Below are positions 50,996 to 61,220 of a stretch of 64,000 nt of DNA, in pieces. Position 1 is the stretch's first letter, and each line of letters begins with the position of its first letter. The DNA is taken from positions 96,001 through 160,000 of the forward strand of contig CAVYSY010000057.1 of assembly GCA_963771175.1 (NCBI GenBank), in the 5' to 3' direction. The position numbers and the translations under genes were made by a program. The notes under the pieces are model-generated. The model saw only the letters and a list, made by a program, of their open reading frames with translations, was not told where the DNA came from and ran no database searches. This DNA comes from an uncultured delta proteobacterium (GTDB lineage Bacteria; Myxococcota; Myxococcia; Myxococcales; Myxococcaceae).

Positions 50996-52888
50996 TCACA
51001 GGGAGGACTCGCCCCAGCTCAGCACGGCCGCTCCGCTGGAGGAGGAGATGGGCGGCAGGGCGGGCACGGAGATGGTGGCATTGCCCTGCATGTCGATGGC
51101 ATTGCCCGTGACGAAGCCGGAGCAGGTGGCCGCGTTCTGCACCACGAGCTGCCCTTGGAGGTGCGAGTTGGAGCCCATCTTGAACTGCTCGTGCACCATG
51201 ATGGCCGCACTGGGGCAGCTCGGCAGCGGCCCGGTGGGGTCCCCACAGGTGAGCAGCATGCTGTTGCCCCCCTTGACCTCCAAATCCCTCCCGGCCATCA
51301 GTGCCACGTCCCGGTGAGCGGGTCGCAGGCGGACGGTGGTGTTGTTTTCCACGAGCACGTCGCCGGTGACGATGAGGGTGACGGGGAGCTGGTCCGTACC
51401 GAGCGTGGAGCCGAAGGCGGGCGTGTCGTCCTTGAAGGTGAGGTCGCCGTCCACGAACCAAACCCCGTGGGGGATGGGGGCCGAGGCGGTGGGCTGATAG
51501 ACGAACATTCCTCCGGTGAGATAGTGCCGCTTGTACCGGTTGTCGCCCACCTCCGGGTAGAGGGTGGAGGGACTGTCACACGTCGCGCCATAAACATGGG
51601 TGCCGGTGCCGGGCGACAGGAAGACGGTGGATGCCGAGGTGCACGTCGTCATGGAGGGGTTGCGATTGCTCAGGCTGGACTCGTCCTTCATCTGCACCTT
51701 GTCCCCCGGACAGGGCCCCGTCTTGCCGTCGTAGACGAGATTCCAGCACGAGTTCGCGGGAGAAGCGGTCTCGTTCGGGTAGTGGATGCGGGAGAAGGCC
51801 TGGGGGTCCTCGCAGCCCGCGACGGAGTAGTTCCACATATGGACCTGGGCCTTGTCCGTGCTGAGGTCCGCGCGCAGGTAGTAGAAGGGGATGCAGGGGG
51901 CAACGAGGCAGGCCGGGGGCGCGTTGAGCTTGCTCCACACCTCCACCTTCGGCGGAGGGGGAATGCTGACGTTGGTGGTGCAGGTGCCCCCTCCACCTCC
52001 GAAGTCGATGCTGCACGTGGAGCCGGAGACCTGCACGTCGCAGGTGTCCCCGATGCCGCAGGACTGGTAGGCGGGCCCGTGACTGCAGCCCGAGCCGCAC
52101 ACGCAACCATCCATGAAGTCGCCGTTGTTGACGGAGACGTTGCCGTAGTCGCCGCACACGTGCGCGGCCCCACTCAAATCGATGGAGCCGCCGGAGACGA
52201 TGCCAGCGGCGGGCGGGCTCCCGAGGCGCGCGCGCAGCACCTTGCGCGCCTGCGCGCGCGTCGGGTCCGAGCCCGGGGCGAGGCCGACCACGGTGACGAC
52301 CACCGTCCTGTCCCTGTCCCGGACCGGGTTGCTCCTCGACGGGAGCGCGAGCAGGGCAGGCCCCTCCTCGCAGCCAGGAGTGCCCGCGCGGTTGTTGTTG
52401 GTGCTGGACGGGAGGTCGATGCCAACTCCGTCATCGTCGTTGTCCTCGATGCGCACCAGGTACGCCCCCTCCATCCCGCCGTCGGCGCCGGGGCTGTAGG
52501 GGAAGCGCAGGAACTGGCGGCCCGAGAACGTCACCACCGTCCCCCCGTCGATGACCGGGAGGTGGTCCTCCGCCGTCCCCCCGTCGAACAGCGGCAGGGC
52601 GGCGCAGTCGGTGTCCAGGTTCGGGTCCAGCACCTTGTCCAGGTCCAGCTCGTTGTCGAGGGCGGACCCCACATAGGCCCGGGTGCGGTCCAGACCGAAC
52701 TCGGCGGCGGAGAGGGCGAGCGCGTCGTGCTGCACCAGGTAGGCGTTGCGCCGCTCGTCCTCACCCCGCTGCAGCGCCATTCCCACCACGAGGGTCAGCG
52801 CGGCCAGGACCACGAGGATGGCCAGCAGGGTGAAGCCCCGGGGCCCGCCCCTCCCTCCTGCTCTTGCTGCGTGCATGGATGAACCCAT
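50996..52888 (-). CDS. PilX/GspK-like minor pilin with large Cys-rich C-terminal domain
   Basis: RG/FTLLA cleavage site lacking Glu5, ALSAAEFGL motif, 630 aa. Confidence 0.75.
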   Translation of the reverse strand: MGSSMHAARAGGRGGPRGFTLLAILVVLAALTLVVGMALQRGEDERRNAYLVQHDALALSAAEFGLDRTRAYVGSALDNELDLDKVLDPNLDTDCAALPLFDGGTAEDHLPVIDGGTVVTFSGRQFLRFPYSPGADGGMEGAYLVRIEDNDDDGVGIDLPSSTNNNRAGTPGCEEGPALLALPSRSNPVRDRDRTVVVTVVGLAPGSDPTRAQARKVLRARLGSPPAAGIVSGGSIDLSGAAHVCGDYGNVSVNNGDFMDGCVCGSGCSHGPAYQSCGIGDTCDVQVSGSTCSIDFGGGGGTCTTNVSIPPPPKVEVWSKLNAPPACLVAPCIPFYYLRADLSTDKAQVHMWNYSVAGCEDPQAFSRIHYPNETASPANSCWNLVYDGKTGPCPGDKVQMKDESSLSNRNPSMTTCTSASTVFLSPGTGTHVYGATCDSPSTLYPEVGDNRYKRHYLTGGMFVYQPTASAPIPHGVWFVDGDLTFKDDTPAFGSTLGTDQLPVTLIVTGDVLVENNTTVRLRPAHRDVALMAGRDLEVKGGNSMLLTCGDPTGPLPSCPSAAIMVHEQFKMGSNSHLQGQLVVQNAATCSGFVTGNAIDMQGNATISVPALPPISSSSGAAVLSWGESSL

Positions 52889-53968
52889 TCATTGCCTCAA
52901 GGAGATGGAGCCGTGGGCCGTGTGGCGCAGCGGCGCGCCGGTGCTCATGGACCGCTCGAGCTGCAGCTCGATGTCCACCCGGGAGATGTCTTTCAGGGCC
53001 GTGGCCGCCACGGGGGTGGTCAGCAACGAGCCATCGCGCTTGAAATACTTGAAGGTCACGTTGAGCGGCGTCCCCATCCGGGCCAACTGCTCCCAGTCGG
53101 TGCCCTCGCTCGCACTGGCGGCGCAGGGGGTGCTGAGGGTCCCGATGGGCTCGCCCACGGAGCCCCAGCACTGCTTGCGCTCCCACCAACCGGCGTTGAA
53201 CCGGTGGAAGACGCGGTCCGGCGTGGAGACGAAGCTCTGGTTGGGGCCGCCGGAGACGAGCTGCGCCGGTACGCTCGTGCCGAGCCGCAGGGCCACGCGA
53301 CCACTCGTCAGGTTCTTCCCCCACACGGCGCTGGAGTCGAGCTGCCGCTCCACCCACCGGCCCATCCCATCCGCGACGATGATGTACTCGGAGGACTGGT
53401 AGCGGTTGAGGCTCCAGGGACACGTGCGTGCTCCCCCCGGGTTGCTCGCGCAGTTGGTGGTGGTGCTCGAGGCGGCGTAGGCGAAGGCGGTGCTGGAGAC
53501 GTCGGTGGTGCAGAGCGAGGAGCCATCCACCACGTCGCAGCCCCCGTTGAGCTCGTTGAGCAGCGCCAGGCCGCTGCCGCCCGGGAGCGTGGTGGCGGTC
53601 TGATCTCCCGCGAGCTGGGAGTAGCCGCTGAAGGTGGAGTTGGGGCGGGGCAGGTCCGCGATGAAGGCGAGCCGGTGGTCCTCGGCCACCAGGATGCTGG
53701 CGGGAAAGCGGTCTCCGACGCCCGAGGCCGTGTCCACCCGCGGGCCGCGGGGACGGCCGAGCCCGGCCTGCCGCAGCTCCGTGGTGAGCTGTCCCATCAC
53801 GAGCGCGGCGCTGCGCTTCATCTCCGCCATCTTCCGCTGCTTCTGCTGCAGGGAGATGCCCTGGACGAACAGGGCCAGCGCGGCGGACAGCATGATGATG
53901 GCCACCACGCTCGTCACCAGGATTTCGATGAGCGTGAAGCCCCCCCGCGGGGGACCGCGCTTCACCAT
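52889..53968 (-). CDS. PilW-like minor pilin
   Basis: GG/FTLIE, ELRQAG motif, FKYF..DG..ISRVDIEL C-terminal pattern. Confidence 0.8.
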   Translation of the reverse strand: MVKRGPPRGGFTLIEILVTSVVAIIMLSAALALFVQGISLQQKQRKMAEMKRSAALVMGQLTTELRQAGLGRPRGPRVDTASGVGDRFPASILVAEDHRLAFIADLPRPNSTFSGYSQLAGDQTATTLPGGSGLALLNELNGGCDVVDGSSLCTTDVSSTAFAYAASSTTTNCASNPGGARTCPWSLNRYQSSEYIIVADGMGRWVERQLDSSAVWGKNLTSGRVALRLGTSVPAQLVSGGPNQSFVSTPDRVFHRFNAGWWERKQCWGSVGEPIGTLSTPCAASASEGTDWEQLARMGTPLNVTFKYFKRDGSLLTTPVAATALKDISRVDIELQLERSMSTGAPLRHTAHGSISLRQ

Positions 53969-54366
53969 TTCAGCACCGCCAGGGACTGGGAGGTGGTGCG
54001 GGAGGTGACGGTGACCACGGCGCGCTTGTACGCCACGGGCCCGGCGGCGCCCCCCATGGCGCTGTCCGTCTCGTCGTACACGTCGAGCGTGCAGGTCCAC
54101 GTGCTCGGCAGTCCCATGGCAATGCAGGCCTTGCCCAGGCCGGCGGTCGCCCAGGTGGCGTCGGAGACGGGCAGGGCCCGGAGCCGCTCGGTCTGGTCCA
54201 CCAGGAACTGCGTCAGGTGCTGATCCGCCACCGCCCGGGCCACATGACCGTTCGCCTGGATGAGGCCCCCCAGCACACTGCCGAGGGCAATCATCAGGAT
54301 GGCGCCGCCCACCATGGCCTCGATGAGGGCATAGCCGCGCTCGCCCCGTGGGTTCCTCCCGCTCAT
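53962..54366 (-). CDS. PilV-like minor pilin
   Basis: RG/YALIEAMV cleavage/methylation motif, 134 aa. Confidence 0.75.
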   Translation of the reverse strand: MSGRNPRGERGYALIEAMVGGAILMIALGSVLGGLIQANGHVARAVADQHLTQFLVDQTERLRALPVSDATWATAGLGKACIAMGLPSTWTCTLDVYDETDSAMGGAAGPVAYKRAVVTVTSRTTSQSLAVLKW

Positions 54367-54902
54367 GGACACGCCTCCAAGGGAATCTCGCTCACGCACA
54401 CGGGGCCCTGCCCCATGAGCCGGACGGCCAACTCCGGGCCGGCGGCCACGAACCGCAGCTCGGTGGTGCCCTGGCGCAGCCGGCTGTTGGGCCGCCACTC
54501 CGGCTCGGTATTCCCGGCCTGCACCCGGACGCGCATGCTGCCCGGCATCCGCACCCACTCGACGTGCTCCAGCTCCCCCAACGCCACGGCATCGCCCTCG
54601 CAGTCGGGGGTGGTGCGGCGCTGGAGGCGCAAACGGTCTCCCAGGTCCCCGACGCTCGCCACCTTGACGGGGTTGCCCGACACGTCGGCCGTGTAGACCT
54701 CGAGGGTGTGGCACCGCCCCGTCTCCCGCGCCAGGAGTTGGGCCCGCGCCGCCGCCGACGCGGCCAGCTCCGCCGCCTGCCGGCGGGCATAACGCTCCCG
54801 CAACGGCCCGAGGGTCGCCACGGACAACGCCGTGAGCAACCCGAGCAGGGCTACCGTGACCAACAGCTCCACCATCGTGAAGCCGCGCATCCGCTGATTC
54901 AT
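54363..54902 (-). CDS. FimU/GspH-like minor pilin
   Basis: RG/FTMVELLV, first gene of an overlapping four-gene operon. Confidence 0.8.
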   Translation of the reverse strand: MNQRMRGFTMVELLVTVALLGLLTALSVATLGPLRERYARRQAAELAASAAARAQLLARETGRCHTLEVYTADVSGNPVKVASVGDLGDRLRLQRRTTPDCEGDAVALGELEHVEWVRMPGSMRVRVQAGNTEPEWRPNSRLRQGTTELRFVAAGPELAVRLMGQGPVCVSEIPLEACP

Positions 54903-55100
54903 GAGGTGCGTATAGTAACCTCATTCTCACACTCTTGAAAAACCAGGAAATGGAGGGGGCCCAGCAGGGGCGCGTCCCAGGCACCTCGGACGGCCGCTGA
55001 CAAGCACCCACGGCGGGCCCGGCAGCACAGCGGCCAGGTACTCGAAGACCCTGGGAGTGTCCTGGAATGGTCACCGGGGACTTCCGTTTGCGCCCCCACG

Positions 55101-57011
55101 ATGAACAAACGACTCCTCTCGTCGTCGTGCCTGCTGGGCATCCTGCTCACCACGGCCTGTGAAGCGCCCCCCTCCGCCACGGCCTCCGCGCCGCCGGCCG
55201 AAGCGCCGCCGGCCGAGACCCTGCCGGCCGAAGCACCGTCGGCCGAAGCACCGGCACCAGAGAACGTGCTCCAAGTGGAAGCCGCCCTCGCCGTGAGCAA
55301 CTGCCGCGTGCTCACCACCGCCGCCACCACGGCCAGCGGCGACGATGGCGCCGGCAGCGTGGCCGCCAACAGCCAGGATGACAACCTGAGCACGCGCTGG
55401 GCCGGCCCCGGCAAGGGCGCGTGGCTCACGCTCGACCTGGGCTCCTCGCAGTCGCTCGCGGGAGCGGCCGTCGCCTGGCACCTGGGCAACCAGCGCCAGA
55501 ACCACTTCACGCTCGCCACCTCCGAGGACGGCACCACCTTCACCCAGGCGTACGCGGCCGACAGCGCCTTGAACACCGCGGCGCAGACGTACCGCTTCAC
55601 CAGCCCGCGCAAGGCCCGCTACCTGCGCATCACCGTCAACGGCAACACCGTCAACGACTGGGCCTCCATCACCGAGGCGCGCGCCTGTGGCGACGACACC
55701 TCGACGCCGACGCCCACTCCGCCGCCCACCAACGTGCCCACCACGGACGCGGGGCCGGCCCTGCCGCGCCTGCCGTACCTGCAGAGCGTGGGCCCCACCA
55801 GCGCGCTCGTGGCCTTCCGCACTGGCGTGTCCTGCACGCCCTTCGTGCGCTTCGGCGAGGGCACGGACATGTCGCGCACCGCCACGGCCACGGTGGCCGG
55901 CTGGCGGCACGCGGTGAAGCTGGACGGGCTGCAGCCGGGCAGGACGTACAGCTACGTGGTCGAGGCGTGCGGCTCGGTCACCGGCGTGCGGCAGTTCCAG
56001 ACGGCCACCGGCCCCGGGACGCGCGTCCACTTCACGGCCCTGGGGGACTTCGGCACCGGCGGCACGCAGCAGGCCAACGTGCTCAAGCTGCTCGCGCAAC
56101 CCTCGCGCGCCGGCGAGCTCCTGCTGGCGCTCGGAGACAACGCGTACTCCTCCGGCACCGAGGCGGAGTTCCAGAGCAACATGTTCAAGCCCATGGCGGC
56201 CCTGCTGCGCCAGGTGCCCCTCTTCCCCACCCCGGGCAACCACGAGTACGTGACCAACCAGGGCCAGCCGTACCTGGACAACTTCTACCTGCCGGCCAAC
56301 AACCCCGAGAAGAACGAGCGCTATTACTCGTTCGACTGGGGCTCGGTGCACTTCGTGTCGCTCGACTCCAACTGCGTCATCGGCCTGGCCTCGTCCGACC
56401 GCTGCACGCTGGCGGCGCAGAAGAGCTGGCTCGCCCAGGACCTGGCCGCCACACGCCAGCCGTGGAAGGTCGTCTTCTTCCACCACCCGACCTGGTCGAG
56501 CGGCGAGCACGGCTCGCAGCTCAAGATGCGCCGCGAGTTCGCTCCGCTCCTCGAGCAGTACGGGGTGGACCTGGTCCTCACCGGCCACGACCACGACTAC
56601 GAGCGCTCCAAGCCGATGAAGGGTGACGCGGTGGCCCCCTCGGGCACGCGCGGCATCCCCTACCTGGTGGTGGGCAGCGGTGGCGCCAACCTGCGCACCT
56701 TCCCCAGCTCGCAGCCGAGCTGGTCCGCCTTCCGCGACAACACCAACGCGGGCTACCTGGACGTGGTGGTGGACGGCGGCACGCTGGCCGCGAAGTTCAT
56801 CACCCCGAGCGGCTCCGTGCGCGACAGCCTCACGCTGACGAAGACGCTGCCCGCCGCGACGGTGCAGCCGACGGGCGTCTCGGCCCTGTCGCTGGAGACG
56901 CCCCCAGGCCCGGTGGATGATCCGAACCAGCAGCCGGCCTACATGGGCGCCACGCAGCCGGTGCCGCCCGCCGACACCCTGAAGTCCGTGGCGGATGCCC
57001 CCGAGCCGTAA
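55101..57011 (+). CDS. Lipoprotein: discoidin (F5/8C) domain + purple acid phosphatase-like metallophosphoesterase
   Basis: LTTAC lipobox, PAEAP repeats, DDNLSTRW..WLTLDLG..ARYLRI; GDFG, GDNAY, GNHE, FHHP, GHDHDYER. Confidence 0.88.
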   Translation: MNKRLLSSSCLLGILLTTACEAPPSATASAPPAEAPPAETLPAEAPSAEAPAPENVLQVEAALAVSNCRVLTTAATTASGDDGAGSVAANSQDDNLSTRWAGPGKGAWLTLDLGSSQSLAGAAVAWHLGNQRQNHFTLATSEDGTTFTQAYAADSALNTAAQTYRFTSPRKARYLRITVNGNTVNDWASITEARACGDDTSTPTPTPPPTNVPTTDAGPALPRLPYLQSVGPTSALVAFRTGVSCTPFVRFGEGTDMSRTATATVAGWRHAVKLDGLQPGRTYSYVVEACGSVTGVRQFQTATGPGTRVHFTALGDFGTGGTQQANVLKLLAQPSRAGELLLALGDNAYSSGTEAEFQSNMFKPMAALLRQVPLFPTPGNHEYVTNQGQPYLDNFYLPANNPEKNERYYSFDWGSVHFVSLDSNCVIGLASSDRCTLAAQKSWLAQDLAATRQPWKVVFFHHPTWSSGEHGSQLKMRREFAPLLEQYGVDLVLTGHDHDYERSKPMKGDAVAPSGTRGIPYLVVGSGGANLRTFPSSQPSWSAFRDNTNAGYLDVVVDGGTLAAKFITPSGSVRDSLTLTKTLPAATVQPTGVSALSLETPPGPVDDPNQQPAYMGATQPVPPADTLKSVADAPEP

Positions 57012-57104
57012 AGACGGCGAGTCGGCTCGCGGTCCCGGACTCTCCGGTTGGAATGCCGCCCGAAGGAGGCGAGGATGCGGCGGCATTCCCCGGGAGCCCA
57101 AGAC

Positions 57105-58133
57105 ATGAACCGCATGCACTGGCTGGACGCGCTCGCCGCGCGGCTCACGGTGGCGCGCCAGCCCCGCTTCTTCGAGGACGGCTGGGGCTCCAACGCGCTC
57201 CTGGAGAAGCTCACCCGGGGCCCGCAGGGCTTCGCCTTCCCCGAGCTCTCCGAGGTGAGGCTGCGTCACCTGGGGCGCGAGGGGCGCCTGCTCGTCCAGG
57301 AGGGCCGCTTCCCCAGCCCCGCCGCGGTGGGCTCGCTGCCCGCCGCGTGCCAGGAGGCGCGCTTCCAGTTGCTGCTGCCCCAGGACGCCGGCCCGCGCCC
57401 GCCGGTGTGCGTCTTCCTGGCCGCCTCCGGGGACGAGGGCTTCGGCGTGCGGCGCTTCCTGGCCCGCGAGCTCGCCCGGCACGGCGTGGGCGCGCTGTTG
57501 CTGGAGAATCCCTACTACGGCTCGCGCCGCCCGCCCGGACAGAAGGGACATGCGGTGCGCACCGTGGCGGACCTGCTGCTCATGTTCCGCGCCACGGCGG
57601 TGGAGGCCACGGCACTGCTCGGGTGGCTGCTGGCGACCGGACACCCCAAGGTGGGCATCTCCGGCTACAGCATGGGAGGCAGCATCGCCGCCTATGCCGG
57701 CGCGATGTTCCCCCTGCCCGCGGCCGTCATCCCCCTGGCCGCCTCGCCCTCGTCTGCCCCCGTCTTCACCGAGGGCGTGCTGTCCTCCGTCCCGGATTGG
57801 GAGGCCCTGGGCCGCACCACCGGTGGCCCGGAAGCGGCGCGCCAGCGGCTGGCCGAGCTCCTCTCCGCGGCCTCCACCACGGTGCTCCCCCCGCTGTCCA
57901 ACCCGCGCCGCGCCATCCTCGTGGCCGCGCGCCGGGACGGCTTCGTGCCCTCATCCGCCACCCTGCGCCTGCTGCAGCACTGGCGGGGGGCCGAGCTGCG
58001 CTACGTCCCCGGAGGCCATGTGAGCGCCTTCATCACCGGGAGGGCCGCCATGACCCAGGCCATCCTGGACGCCTTCTCGCGCCTCGAGCCCCTCCAGCTC
58101 CCCCCCGAGGAGCAGCCCGCGGACCCGACGTGA
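57105..58133 (+). CDS. Alpha/beta hydrolase, ABHD18/DUF2048-like
   Basis: FFEDGWG, ASGDEGF, LENPYYGSRRP, GYSMGG, DGFVP, GGHVSA. Start may be 57075. Confidence 0.8.
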   Translation: MNRMHWLDALAARLTVARQPRFFEDGWGSNALLEKLTRGPQGFAFPELSEVRLRHLGREGRLLVQEGRFPSPAAVGSLPAACQEARFQLLLPQDAGPRPPVCVFLAASGDEGFGVRRFLARELARHGVGALLLENPYYGSRRPPGQKGHAVRTVADLLLMFRATAVEATALLGWLLATGHPKVGISGYSMGGSIAAYAGAMFPLPAAVIPLAASPSSAPVFTEGVLSSVPDWEALGRTTGGPEAARQRLAELLSAASTTVLPPLSNPRRAILVAARRDGFVPSSATLRLLQHWRGAELRYVPGGHVSAFITGRAAMTQAILDAFSRLEPLQLPPEEQPADPT

Positions 58134-58190
58134 CACAGTCCAACGAGGGCATCCTCGCGTTCATCGCCGAGGGAGCCCTGGCCCGGGGGC

Positions 58191-58985
58191 CTACGGGTTC
58201 CTGAGCCCACCGGAGCGCCGGTCGGAGTCGCCGCCCTGCCCGGGCCCCTGCCAGCCCCGAGGCCGCGACTCCCGCCACTCCTCGCGCCGCATTTCCTCGT
58301 ACTTCACCCGCTGCGTCTCATCGAGGACGGACGCCATTCCCTTGTCCGTCTGCTCGCGCGCCGCGCGAAGCTCCTGCCGGGCATCCCGGGGCGACTTGCC
58401 ACCGGCGCGCACCTCGTCGAAGAGGGCCTGACGCTGGGCGTCCTCGTGCTGCAGCCGGCTCGTGAGCGCCTGCTCCTGGGTGTAGTTCAACCGCGCCTCG
58501 GAGACGAACTGGCGCAAGCGCTCGGCGCGCTCCACCTGGCCCTGCGCCTGCGCCTGCTGCAGCTGCTGCTGCCGGAGCTCACGCTGCTCGGTCCGCATCT
58601 CCTCCTGCACCGAGCGCACCATGTCCTTGAGGTAGTCGCGCCCGCCCTGGGAGCTCAGGGCCTCGCCGGCGATCATGCTTCGCACCTCCGTCTTGAGCTG
58701 CTCCACCTCCGCGGCCAGCGCCACCGGGGCCACGGCCACGCCGCCATCCGAGGAGGCCATCGGCCGCTGCTCGAGCAGCATCAGCCGCTTGGACAGGGTT
58801 AGCGCGGTCTGCTCGAGGGACTCCACCCGTTGCTCCAGCTCCTCGAGCTCGCTCGAGGACAGGGTGGAGGGCGTCGCGGGAGAAGGAGCGGGAGCCACCG
58901 TCTCGCCGCGCGAGCCCCAGAGGGCCACCACGAGCGCCAGGCCGGACAGGCCGAGGGAGGCGAAGCCAAGGAACCGGTTCATCAT
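58191..58985 (-). CDS. Hypothetical membrane-anchored coiled-coil protein
   Basis: N-terminal TM, heptad-rich helices. Confidence 0.65.
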   Translation of the reverse strand: MMNRFLGFASLGLSGLALVVALWGSRGETVAPAPSPATPSTLSSSELEELEQRVESLEQTALTLSKRLMLLEQRPMASSDGGVAVAPVALAAEVEQLKTEVRSMIAGEALSSQGGRDYLKDMVRSVQEEMRTEQRELRQQQLQQAQAQGQVERAERLRQFVSEARLNYTQEQALTSRLQHEDAQRQALFDEVRAGGKSPRDARQELRAAREQTDKGMASVLDETQRVKYEEMRREEWRESRPRGWQGPGQGGDSDRRSGGLRNP

Positions 58986-59144
58986 GTCCTCACAGACGGG
59001 GGCGCCCCCAACGTATTCCATGGACCTGCTGAAGCCCGCGCACCTCCCTGTGGTGGACACAACGACGCACCGCGCCAACGCACTGGGGATGCAACTCGGG
59101 TCCGATTTTGCCGACAATTCCTGGAACCCCCCACAGGAGTCCCC

Positions 59145-61217
59145 ATGCAACGATGTTCCTTCTTATCCCCTCGCCTGTTGGCGGCCGTGACGCTCGCGCT
59201 CGTCCTGGGCGCCTGCGGCACGGACGTTCCGGTCGAGGATTCCCTCTCCACCCAGAGTGCCGCGCTCGTCGACCCTTGTGCCACCAACCAGGGCTTCCAG
59301 GTTGGCGCCGGCCTGTATGACGTCACCGGCCCGGCCGCCGAGCTCGGAATGATGGGCTATGCCATGGTGGACCAGAAGACCGCGGGCATCCACCAGCGCC
59401 TGCGCTCGCGCGCCTTCGTCATCTCCTCCACCTGCAACGGCAAGCGCGTGGCGTTCGTCAGCGCGGACCTCGGACAAGTCTTCCAGGGCGTGAAGCAGCA
59501 GGTGATGGAGAAGCTGCGCGCGAAGTACGGAACCCTCTACTCGGACGAGAACGTCCTGCTGAGCGCCACGCACACCCACTCGGGCCCGGGCGGCTTCTCG
59601 CACTACGCGCTCTACAACCTCACCACTCTCGGCTACGACAAGCAGAACTTCGACGCCACCGTGGACGGCATCTACCAGTCCATCGTCCGCGCCCACGACA
59701 ACCTGGCGCCCGGCACCATCCGCGTGGCCTCCGGAGACCTGCTCGACGCGAGCATCAACCGCTCCCCCGAGGCGTACCTGCGCAACCCCTCCACCGAGCG
59801 CGCGCAGTTCGGCTACGACACGGACAAGAAGATGACGCTGCTGCGGCTGCAGGGCGATGACGGGAGGGAGGTGGGCCTCATCAACTGGTTCGCCGTCCAC
59901 GCCACGTCCATGGGCAACGACAACCTGCTCATCAGCGGCGACAACAAGGGCTACGCCTCCTACCTCTTCGAGAAGCTCAAGGGGACGAACTACACCGCGC
60001 AGCGCACCTTCGTGGCGGCCTTCGCGCAGGCCAACGAGGGCGACGTGACGCCCAACATCTACGGCGGCACCAACGGCGGCGGCGCCAACGACTTCGAGAG
60101 CGTGGAGCTCTCCGGCCGCAAGCAGTACACCCTGGCGAAGACGCTCTACGACTCGGCGTCGACGCTGGTGAAGGGGGGCGTGGACTACCGGCACGTCTAC
60201 GTGGCGATGGACTCGGTGCAGGTGGCGCCCGCGTACACGGACGGCGTCTGGCGCTCCACCTGCGAGGCGGCCATCGGCGACTCGATGATTGCCGGCGCCG
60301 AGGACGGCCCGGGCTATGGCACGGAGGGCTCCACCTGCGAGAGCATCAAGGACACGTGGGGCGTGTTCAACTGCGCCTTCTTCACCACGCCGTGCCAGGG
60401 AGAGAAGCCCATCGCCGTGGAGATGGGCACGATGACGCCCTACCCGTGGACGCCCGAGGTGCTGCCGCTCCAGGTGGTGCGCCTGGGCAACGTGGCGATG
60501 GTGGCGGTGCCCTTCGAGCCCACCACCATGACGGGCCGGCGGCTGCGCCAGACGGTGCTCGCGCAACTCTCCCCGCTGGGGGTGGACCAGGTGGTCATCG
60601 CCGGCCTCTCCAACGCCTACGCCGGCTATCTCGCCACGCGCGAGGAGTACGCGAAGCAGGACTACGAGGGTGCCTCCACGCACTTCGGCCCGTGGCAGCT
60701 CGCGGCGGTGCAGCAGGAGGTGGACAAGCTGGCCATCGCGATGCGCACCGGCGCCACCGTGGCGGCGGGCCCCACCCCGAGGGACCTGCGCAACGACCAG
60801 ACGACGGTGCAGCCGGGCGTGCTGTACGACGACAAGCTGCTCTGGGTGGACTTCGGCAGCATCGTCACGAACGCGCGCAGCTCCTACGTCCGGGGCGAGA
60901 CGGTGAGCGTGAAGTTCTGGGGCGGCCACCCGAAGAACAACCTCCGCCGCCAGGGCTCCTTCCTCCAGGTGCAGCGCAAGTCGGGCACCTCGTGGGTGAC
61001 GGTGGCCAACGACTGGGACTGGGAGACGAAGTACCGCTGGGAGCGCAATAACTGCGCTCCCACGTTCGGGTGCTCGCACATCACCACGGAGTGGAAGATT
61101 CCGGCGGACACCACGCCGGGCACCTACCGCATCCGCCATGACGGTGACTGGAAGTCCGGCTGGGACGGGCTCATCCGCCCCTACTCCGGCACGTCGCGCG
61201 AGTTCACCGTCAACTGA
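59145..61217 (+). CDS. Neutral/alkaline ceramidase (lipoprotein)
   Basis: LGAC lipobox, DVTGPAAELGMMGYA, ATHTHSGPGG, WFAVHATSM, SGDNKGYA, EGDVTPN, YEGAST. Confidence 0.92.
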   Translation: MQRCSFLSPRLLAAVTLALVLGACGTDVPVEDSLSTQSAALVDPCATNQGFQVGAGLYDVTGPAAELGMMGYAMVDQKTAGIHQRLRSRAFVISSTCNGKRVAFVSADLGQVFQGVKQQVMEKLRAKYGTLYSDENVLLSATHTHSGPGGFSHYALYNLTTLGYDKQNFDATVDGIYQSIVRAHDNLAPGTIRVASGDLLDASINRSPEAYLRNPSTERAQFGYDTDKKMTLLRLQGDDGREVGLINWFAVHATSMGNDNLLISGDNKGYASYLFEKLKGTNYTAQRTFVAAFAQANEGDVTPNIYGGTNGGGANDFESVELSGRKQYTLAKTLYDSASTLVKGGVDYRHVYVAMDSVQVAPAYTDGVWRSTCEAAIGDSMIAGAEDGPGYGTEGSTCESIKDTWGVFNCAFFTTPCQGEKPIAVEMGTMTPYPWTPEVLPLQVVRLGNVAMVAVPFEPTTMTGRRLRQTVLAQLSPLGVDQVVIAGLSNAYAGYLATREEYAKQDYEGASTHFGPWQLAAVQQEVDKLAIAMRTGATVAAGPTPRDLRNDQTTVQPGVLYDDKLLWVDFGSIVTNARSSYVRGETVSVKFWGGHPKNNLRRQGSFLQVQRKSGTSWVTVANDWDWETKYRWERNNCAPTFGCSHITTEWKIPADTTPGTYRIRHDGDWKSGWDGLIRPYSGTSREFTVN

Positions 61218-61220
61218 GCC

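Noticed and set aside
55185..55262. 15-bp tandem repeats as a DNA element
   Set aside because: They encode the PAEAP linker of the phosphatase lipoprotein; the PDPGPT repeats in cglD near 40830-40885 are likewise coding.
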